Of a stretch of 64,000 bases of DNA, positions 54,597-61,559 are shown piece by piece (the stretch's first letter is position 1; each line of letters starts with the position of its first letter). Position numbers and translations under genes: made by a program. The notes below the pieces were generated by a model. The model saw only the letters and a program-made list of their open reading frames with translations, was not told the DNA's origin and did not search any database. The DNA lies in sequence record MZ443780.1; one strand, 5' to 3'.

Positions 54597-55323
54597 GCAA
54601 ATCAACCGCTATTTCAATCTCATGGAGAAAATCCGTGAGCAAATGTACCGCGTACTGCCTGTATCTAATCGCTACCTGTGTGTAGTAAGTTTCAGCACTC
54701 AACTACAGGCACTCCAGTGTGTGCTTGTAAGCAAAGAGTCGCTCATGGAAGCGAAGCTCATTGAAGGCCTAACGGGGCAAGAGCTGATCACCTATGGTCA
54801 GTACATGAGAACAGCCGAAGAGTGGGTCGCCAACGGTATGCAAGATGATTACCCGTTCACTCAGGATAAAGATGTGTACGAGGAGTACCGCAGCCTGACA
54901 CGCGACGAACAGATGCCTGTTCCTGAAATGGATGATGGCGAAGAAGATGATCTCGACGTACAGGAGATGGACGATCTGCGTACATCAATTCTCTGCGCCG
55001 ACAAAGCCACACTGATGCAGATGTTTGCTGACGAAGGCTTAGGTACAAAAGGAACTGCTGCTGATATGGATGTGGGTCAGTTGCAGGATGCTCTGTGCGA
55101 TCACTATGGCCTTAACCCGGATGTTGGCGTCAAAGTTGTTGACGTTGTTGGTGCGTTGGTTGAGCGTTTAGAAAACATGCCTAAACACGAAGCTCTGAAA
55201 GAAGCGCATCACCTGACAAAAGAGGAACTGCTCAGTCTCGCAGACGCATGGGGAATTGAGAAAGACGCACACGAAAGCACAATGCGCTCTCTGATTAAGG
55301 GTCATATACTGCGCCGTACTTAA
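54577..55323 (+). CDS. Acidic protein with HeH-like modules
   Basis: GAGGA SD before ATG 54577; ILCADKATLMQMFADEGL..ADMDVGQLQDALCDHYG. Confidence 0.75.
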   Translation: MGQKLSEQINRYFNLMEKIREQMYRVLPVSNRYLCVVSFSTQLQALQCVLVSKESLMEAKLIEGLTGQELITYGQYMRTAEEWVANGMQDDYPFTQDKDVYEEYRSLTRDEQMPVPEMDDGEEDDLDVQEMDDLRTSILCADKATLMQMFADEGLGTKGTAADMDVGQLQDALCDHYGLNPDVGVKVVDVVGALVERLENMPKHEALKEAHHLTKEELLSLADAWGIEKDAHESTMRSLIKGHILRRT

Positions 55324-55330
55324 CTCAAAC

Positions 55331-55386
55331 TCTGCAAATAGTTGGACAGAATGCGGGTATATAAGAATAGTCTTATGTGATATAAT
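55331..55386 (+). promoter_or_regulatory. Class I promoter of the topoisomerase operon
   Basis: TCTGCAAATAGTTGGACAGAAT ... TG-A-TATAAT; offset 38. Confidence 0.75.
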
Positions 55387-55460
55387 AGCTAGAGACAAGT
55401 AGTGTCTGAACTTGCTAATATCGAGTAGTCTACATGCTACTCACTCAGGAGAACACGAAA

Positions 55461-57491
55461 ATGGCCAAAGCGCCTAAAGCCGTTAAGGTTAAAAAGAAAA
55501 CGGGAGATGGGTCCGAACAAGAAGGATTCATGATCGCAGAAGGTCTTGATGGTATAAGACTGAATCCCGGGATGTACATGGGGGAGCGCGGTCCCGATAT
55601 GGCTTACCGTGCTGTCAAAGAACCTGTAGATAACGATTACGACGAATACATCGCAGGTCGAAACAAACTTATCGAAGTAGTCATTGATTACGATAACGAC
55701 CTGAACGTTGTCGCAGATATGGCGAAAGGTATTCCTACCGACTTCAAGAAATTGAAAGATGGTTCGAAAGAAACGATCATGACCGCAGCGTTTAGCCGTG
55801 CTCACGCTGGTGGCAAGTTCGATGATAAAGCATATAAGACCTCTGCCGGTACTCACGGTGTAGGCGTTGCAGCACTGAACGCAATCTCAAGTCGCCTGCG
55901 TGTGTGGTCAATGTACAAAGGCGGTTGTGCGTATCAGATGTGGGAGTGCGGCGTTGCCAAATCTGGCAAAGACCCGAAACAAGTTAAAGCAGTAGACAAA
56001 GATGTTATGTCTCTGCTGCGTGAAAAGAAACACAACAAGTACGGTACGATTGTCGCGTGGACGCTCGACCAGACTGTCGTGTCTGCTGACGTGCAGCGTG
56101 GTAAGAAGCTGCCTAAGAACTATCGTCACGCTGCACCAGACCCAGCGCAACTTGGTTCGTGGCTGCGTAACATGTCTATGCTCAACCCTGGACTCGAAGT
56201 TCGCCTGACGTTGATCAAGAAAGGCAAGCGCAAAGAGTTCACTTTCATCAACAAGAAAGACCTTGTGCATGTCGTGAAGACGATGGTGGAAGAACGTGAG
56301 CTGGGTTCTGTTGGCAAGCCGTTCATCTTCAAAAACGACAACATCACTGCTGCGCTGACGTGGACAGATCACGCCGACACTGATAACTTCCTCAGTTTCG
56401 TTAACACAAGCCCTACAATTGACGGCGGGTGGCACGTTGTAGGTTTCCGTGATGCGCTGTTCGAAGCAATCAAACCTTTCATGAAAGAATCGAAAGGCAA
56501 AGGCAAGAAGAAGCAGAACTTCAAACAGGAAGATTTGCTTATCGGCCTGACTGGTATGTTCGACTGGCGTATGCACGGCGCTCAGTACACGTCACAGGTT
56601 AAAGACAAGCTGGCGAGCCGTGTTGAAAAAGAAGTATACGAGATGCTGAAAGATGCGTTCGTGAAATACTTCAAGGACAATAAGAAAGTCGCAACGACGA
56701 TCATCAAACGTGCCGAAGCGATGAACAAAGGCCGCGAAGAATTGTCCGCTGTTGTTAAGTCTATGGCAGACACGAAGAAGAAGCTGAAGGGCAACGCACT
56801 CCCTGCTGACCTGATATCTGCGCTCAAGTGTAAGCCCCACGAACGTGAGCTTATCGTTGTAGAAGGTGACTCTGCTGGTGGTACTGCGAAACACGCACGT
56901 AACCCTGACCATCAGGAAGTTATGCTCGCTGGTGGTAAACCGCTCAACGGTCTGAAAGCAAGTCTGGCTGATGTGCTCAAACACAAAGAAGTTCAAGGCA
57001 TGTTGGTATCTGTTGGTGCAGACCTGAAATCGTTAGACCCGAAAGCAGAAGCGCCGAAACTGAGTACGAAGAATCTGCGTATCGGTAACCTACTGTTCCT
57101 GATGGATGCTGACCCAGACGGCTTCCACATCGCAACGTTGTTCCTGGGTGTTATCTATCGTCTGCTGCCTGACCTGATGAAAGAAGGGCGTGTGTGGATT
57201 GTCGATGCTCCTCTGTATAACGTGATGCACAAAGGCATTCACTATGGCGGTATGTCATTTGACGAATGCCGCGCGAAAGCGCCTGCTGCTGTAAAAGATA
57301 AAGAAATCGTTCGTGCAAAAGGTTGGGGTGAAGTCGAACCTGATGTGCTCGAAGCGATTGCATTTAATCCGAAGACTCGCCGCTTGATTCGTGTGAACCC
57401 ATTCACTAGCGTTGAGCAAGAGCGCTTCTTCCGTGGTGTGCTGGCAGAAGATGCAGTCCATCGTCGTCGTCTGCTGGGTCTGGAGGAATAA
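55461..57491 (+). CDS. gyrB: Type IIA topoisomerase ATPase/TOPRIM subunit (GyrB/ParE-like)
   Basis: GLDGIRLNPGMYMG, EPVDN, HAGGKFD..YKTSAGTHGVGV, VEGDSAGG, MDADPDG, KGWGE. Confidence 0.93.
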   Translation: MAKAPKAVKVKKKTGDGSEQEGFMIAEGLDGIRLNPGMYMGERGPDMAYRAVKEPVDNDYDEYIAGRNKLIEVVIDYDNDLNVVADMAKGIPTDFKKLKDGSKETIMTAAFSRAHAGGKFDDKAYKTSAGTHGVGVAALNAISSRLRVWSMYKGGCAYQMWECGVAKSGKDPKQVKAVDKDVMSLLREKKHNKYGTIVAWTLDQTVVSADVQRGKKLPKNYRHAAPDPAQLGSWLRNMSMLNPGLEVRLTLIKKGKRKEFTFINKKDLVHVVKTMVEERELGSVGKPFIFKNDNITAALTWTDHADTDNFLSFVNTSPTIDGGWHVVGFRDALFEAIKPFMKESKGKGKKKQNFKQEDLLIGLTGMFDWRMHGAQYTSQVKDKLASRVEKEVYEMLKDAFVKYFKDNKKVATTIIKRAEAMNKGREELSAVVKSMADTKKKLKGNALPADLISALKCKPHERELIVVEGDSAGGTAKHARNPDHQEVMLAGGKPLNGLKASLADVLKHKEVQGMLVSVGADLKSLDPKAEAPKLSTKNLRIGNLLFLMDADPDGFHIATLFLGVIYRLLPDLMKEGRVWIVDAPLYNVMHKGIHYGGMSFDECRAKAPAAVKDKEIVRAKGWGEVEPDVLEAIAFNPKTRRLIRVNPFTSVEQERFFRGVLAEDAVHRRRLLGLEE

Positions 57492-57492
57492 C

Positions 57493-57750
57493 ATGGACTT
57501 CAATCTTGGCTGCATGTCAGACGATACGCAGATTCGTTTTCTGGATATGCCTGTGCTCGAACACAAGCAGTTGACCGCCGAGCAGCATAAGCAGTACGGT
57601 GAACTTATGCCTAAGATTCGTGAGCTGTCAAAGCACTGCATCGTATCTGCGCATCGCGTAGTTGACGGCAAACCTGTGGAGCGTGTGCAACTGCAAATGT
57701 CACGTACAACTCTGGATAAGATTAACGCGATTGCCAAAGGGGAACTGTAA
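57493..57750 (+). CDS. 85-aa hypothetical protein between the topoisomerase subunits
   Basis: GGAGGA SD; 1 nt after the gyrB stop, TAATG-coupled to gyrA. Confidence 0.75.
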   Translation: MDFNLGCMSDDTQIRFLDMPVLEHKQLTAEQHKQYGELMPKIRELSKHCIVSAHRVVDGKPVERVQLQMSRTTLDKINAIAKGEL

Positions 57751-59399
57751 TGGCAGTTAAGCCGAAGAAAGTTAAAGTCGTGAAGAAAGCGACTGCGGTG
57801 GCGAAGCCTGCAAAGGTGAAGTTGAAATCGAAAGCTGTTGCTGTCGATGACATGCCGAAAAAGAAAAAGAAGAAAGGCGAAGTTGCTGTAGCCAGCACTG
57901 GTGCTTCATTGTACCCGATGCTTGGGCAAGACGAGTCTCTCATTCGTGACGAGAACCTCGCAGACTATACGCGTCGTGCTCTCTTCCAGTACGGTTCATA
58001 CGTTGTTGAAGACCGAGCGATTGCTGACTATCGTGACGGCCTCAAGCCTGTACACCGTGCGTTACTTTGGTCATTGTGTGACTTGGGCTTGCGTCCCGGA
58101 GGCGCATTCAAGAAGTCTGCGCGTACAGTGGGCGATGCGTTAGGTAAGTATCACCCACACGGTGACGCTGCTTGTTATGGTGCGATGGTCACTATTGCAA
58201 ACACAGTGCCTCCTGCTGTAGCTGGTCAAGGTAACTGGGGCGACCCTGTAGCACCTGCCGCGGCGATGCGTTACACAGAAGCGAAAATGAGTAAGTTTGC
58301 TGGTAGCTTCCTGCTGGACCCTGACTATCTTGAAGTAACGCCTATGGTGGACAACTTCTCAAACGATATGAAGATTCCACTGTATCTGCCAGCGCTGTTG
58401 CCGTACATGTTGTTTAACGGTAGTGTGCCTGCGCCAGCATACGGCGTTAAGTGTGGCAACCCTACATTCAGCTTCACGTCAGTCGCCAAAGTCGTTTGCG
58501 ATATGCTCAACGGCAAAGAGTATAGCGCGAAGAAACTCGCTGACACGCTCAAAGTCAACCACGAGTATGGTTGCTTGGACGTAAGCTCGGATGAAGACTT
58601 CCTCGCTCTCATGTCTACTGGTCGTGGTAAAGTAACCTACGAACCGCAGATGAAGATTGACGAGAAAGCGAAGACGATCACGATTCAGACCTACGTGCCG
58701 GGTGGAATGTCGAACAACTCCACCATCACTAAGAAGCTGGAGAAGATTGCCGAGTGGCCGGGCGTTGTATCTGCGTCTAACGCCAGTTCTAAAAAGAACA
58801 AAGATGCAGGTCCGTGGGGCGCAGCATTCGCCATCAAATGTCGTGGCAGCGAAGACCAGCTGTATGAACTCGCAACCAAGATTCAGCGTGAAGTAACATC
58901 TGCCATCAACTACTCGTTGGGTGTTACCGTTCGCCGAGCAGACGCATCGAACAAGTTTATGTACCTGTCGTATGTGAACTACTTCAAAGCGTGGGTTGCA
59001 TATCGCATCAAGCTGGAAACAGCGATGCTCAAAAACAAATTGGCCAAAGCAGAACGGCAGTTGTACCTCAATGAGGTATATTTGTGGGCTGTGGATAACA
59101 TGGACAAGTTGCTCAAAGCTCTGCCTAAAGTTCTTATGGCTAAAGACCCTGACGAAATGCTGGCGAAGATTTTCAAGATTAAACTTGAAAGCGCCAAGAT
59201 CATACTCGACCGTCAGGTTCGTAAGCTGGCAAGACTCGAACGTGCAGCATTAGCCCAAAAAGTTAAAGAGCTGAAGGCTGAGATTGCCGAATATAAAGGC
59301 GGTCTGAAAGAACCAGGCAAATACGCTGCTGCTGGTACTGCTGCAAAAGTTAAGGCTTATCTGAAATCACCAGACGATAAACTCCCTGTCGCTCTGTGA
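57750..59399 (+). CDS. gyrA: Type IIA topoisomerase breakage-reunion subunit (GyrA/ParC-like), no C-terminal pinwheel
   Basis: RAIADYRDGLKPVHR, FKKSARTVGDALGKYHPHGD, GQGNWG, AAMRYTEAKM (catalytic Tyr). Confidence 0.93.
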   Translation: MAVKPKKVKVVKKATAVAKPAKVKLKSKAVAVDDMPKKKKKKGEVAVASTGASLYPMLGQDESLIRDENLADYTRRALFQYGSYVVEDRAIADYRDGLKPVHRALLWSLCDLGLRPGGAFKKSARTVGDALGKYHPHGDAACYGAMVTIANTVPPAVAGQGNWGDPVAPAAAMRYTEAKMSKFAGSFLLDPDYLEVTPMVDNFSNDMKIPLYLPALLPYMLFNGSVPAPAYGVKCGNPTFSFTSVAKVVCDMLNGKEYSAKKLADTLKVNHEYGCLDVSSDEDFLALMSTGRGKVTYEPQMKIDEKAKTITIQTYVPGGMSNNSTITKKLEKIAEWPGVVSASNASSKKNKDAGPWGAAFAIKCRGSEDQLYELATKIQREVTSAINYSLGVTVRRADASNKFMYLSYVNYFKAWVAYRIKLETAMLKNKLAKAERQLYLNEVYLWAVDNMDKLLKALPKVLMAKDPDEMLAKIFKIKLESAKIILDRQVRKLARLERAALAQKVKELKAEIAEYKGGLKEPGKYAAAGTAAKVKAYLKSPDDKLPVAL

Positions 59400-59403
59400 T
59401 AAA

Positions 59404-59472
59404 TCTGTAAATACAACTCAGCAAATTCTTGGACGAAATGCGGTTGTATCAGAATAGTCTTAATGATATAAT
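59404..59472 (+). promoter_or_regulatory. Class II motif followed by a class I promoter
   Basis: TCTGTAAATA at 59404; GCAAATTCTTGGACGAAAT ... TTGTAT-17-TATAAT with TG; offset 37. Confidence 0.7.
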
Positions 59473-59478
59473 GGTACT

Positions 59479-59752
59479 GTTGAGATGGGTCAGATAACGG
59501 CATTGTTTGACCCATCTTTTAACCACGAGGAAAAAATGAGGAGGAGCTAGCGCAGCAAATCACAACTCAAGGGCAATAGAATAAACCGAGCCTAAAAGGC
59601 CAAACCGCCAGACTCTGGATATAACCGGAGCAGAGCAATACTATAATCGACCCAAGCAATACTAATATGCTTATGCAACATTGGTATTCGAAGTGTCGCT
59701 AGGACTAGAACGTATGGTCCTCAACTCTTAATGAAGTTTGGAAACCACAAGC
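59479..59752 (+). ncRNA. Candidate structured RNA/long leader
   Basis: ~270 nt with no long ORF; stems AGATGGGTCA/TGACCCATCT, CTCTGG/CCGGAG, AATACTAAT/ATTGGTATT, AGGAC/GTCCT. Confidence 0.4.
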
Positions 59753-61027
59753 ATGAAAAATCCGGTAAACAACCTTAAGGCTGGTTTAGAGACAGTTAAT
59801 GGAACATTGGCTGCACTCCGTTCAGGCAGTAATTTGAAACGCCAGCACGTTGTTGAATCGCTGGGTCAACCGAAGAACATCTTGGCTGATCTCACGAAAT
59901 CATTAAAGAGTAATACCTACAAGTCGTACCCCGATGTTTTGCAACTGCGTGATTCTGTACGCGCAACTTGCACCACCTGCCTAAGCCTGTCAGAACAAGT
60001 GGCCGCTAAACGCATCAAGCCACGCGAACTGATGGAAAAGCTCGGTGAAATTGTGAAGTCGTTCAAGGCTGATATCGCATTAGCCAACGCCTGTTTAGAA
60101 TATCTCCCTGCATCGCGTAAAGCCGTTTCGCTCGACGATATGCCAGCAGATGTTGAAGGCAAAGCTCGCTTACAAGCGGCGCAAGCTATCGACAAAGAGA
60201 TGTACGAACAGGAAGTGAATGACAAGGCCGTTCGTCGTGAACAGCGCGAAGATGCAGCGACTGCCAAAACAAGTCGCGTATTGAGCCGTCTCAAAGACGC
60301 ACACGCCCACAAAGTACCGAGAACGTTCAACAAAGCTATTCAGATAATCCAACTTCCTGTGATGGCCAGATTCGGTACACTCTCAATGAGTCCCGAAGCG
60401 CTGTCTCGCATGGGCTTCAAAATCGAAACTGCCGGTCTGCACTCGACCCCTAGTTCTGACCTCGGCATCATCTTTGAAGGCCAGCTTCTGTTATTCTTCC
60501 GTATGTCCGACGCGAAAGGCATGGCAGAAGAAGCTGCGAAAGATCACAAGAACCTTGACGGTACCCTCGTCGAACGCAAACGCCTCCAGAAAGAACGCAA
60601 CGCTGAACGCCGCGATCTCAAGAAGCTCAATCAGCTTTTAGAGCAAGCAAAGTCGCTGAAAGCTCGTCGTGCTATTCGTGAACAAATCGAAGACGCGCAG
60701 ACGAACATCAATGACGCTACAGCGAAGCTCGAAGCTATGGATGCGCGTGTGCGTCTTGCTGGGTCCCGTGAGCGTGTGTATCGTCAGATGAAGACGTCGA
60801 ACGATCACGCGATGTTAGATTATCTTAACCCCATTGTCGATATGCTCAATGAGAAAAGCAGTTCATCGCTTGGACTGTTTACCACAATGCCTCTGCGTGG
60901 TGTGATGAAAGACGCAGATGTTTACTGTGCGTGGCTCATGGAGAAATCAGCTATCAACCTATTGTTGCGCCATACAGGCGGCGACATGAAGTTGCAGAAC
61001 TGGTTCCTGCCGTGGACTAATGGCTAA
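59753..61027 (+). CDS. Hypothetical protein with coiled-coil segments
   Basis: 424-aa ORF; weak SD. Confidence 0.8.
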   Translation: MKNPVNNLKAGLETVNGTLAALRSGSNLKRQHVVESLGQPKNILADLTKSLKSNTYKSYPDVLQLRDSVRATCTTCLSLSEQVAAKRIKPRELMEKLGEIVKSFKADIALANACLEYLPASRKAVSLDDMPADVEGKARLQAAQAIDKEMYEQEVNDKAVRREQREDAATAKTSRVLSRLKDAHAHKVPRTFNKAIQIIQLPVMARFGTLSMSPEALSRMGFKIETAGLHSTPSSDLGIIFEGQLLLFFRMSDAKGMAEEAAKDHKNLDGTLVERKRLQKERNAERRDLKKLNQLLEQAKSLKARRAIREQIEDAQTNINDATAKLEAMDARVRLAGSRERVYRQMKTSNDHAMLDYLNPIVDMLNEKSSSSLGLFTTMPLRGVMKDADVYCAWLMEKSAINLLLRHTGGDMKLQNWFLPWTNG

Positions 61028-61559
61028 CGAAAACCGACTTCCTGCGGTAGTGAAAGGTGAGTTGACTCAGTGTGTGATTTGCGGTAGATTTGTACGCAAC
61101 ATTCACTGGCACCACACAACACCCCGCTCACTGGGTGGCGAGCACATGCTCCAAATCCCAATAGACGGTGACTGCCACACAACGCTACATGCGAAAGCAG
61201 AAGCGGTGGTAGCGAAGTTAGCAGGTAACCGTAAACAACCTATCGGTACGTTCTGGGATGACCCGGAAGTTGAAGATAGGGCACAAACGTGGTTAGACAT
61301 TCTGGTACAAGCTATGCTCAACCCGCCGGTGCAGCCCGGACAGAAAGAAGTGCTGCTGCCGATGATTAAGGTTGACATGACTACCAGACATGCTCTCGAA
61401 CTCTTGAAGCGCGACACGCCTGGCATTACTAATATGAGCCAAGTGTTGCGGTATTGCATTGAGACAACATTAAAATCAAAGGGGTTAAAAAATGGCGAAT
61501 CAAAAAGTACGCACTCTGGACATCAAAACTCTCGTAAAAAGCGAACTGAGCTGTGGTGA
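61020..61559 (+). CDS. HNH-fold protein with a C-terminal RHH-like segment
   Basis: CVIC..HWHHTTPRSLGG..IDGDCHTTLH; MIKVDMTTRHALELLK..TNMSQVLRYCIE. Confidence 0.7.
   Translation: MANENRLPAVVKGELTQCVICGRFVRNIHWHHTTPRSLGGEHMLQIPIDGDCHTTLHAKAEAVVAKLAGNRKQPIGTFWDDPEVEDRAQTWLDILVQAMLNPPVQPGQKEVLLPMIKVDMTTRHALELLKRDTPGITNMSQVLRYCIETTLKSKGLKNGESKSTHSGHQNSRKKRTELW

Noticed and set aside
57493-57750. Intron or split fragment of the topoisomerase (T4 gp60-like)
   Set aside because: The B subunit already contains the full TOPRIM and tail through KGWGE, and the small ORF has its own SD and stop
59520-59752. CsrB-like sponge RNA
   Set aside because: About 7 GGA in ~270 nt is near chance, and most are not in hairpin loops
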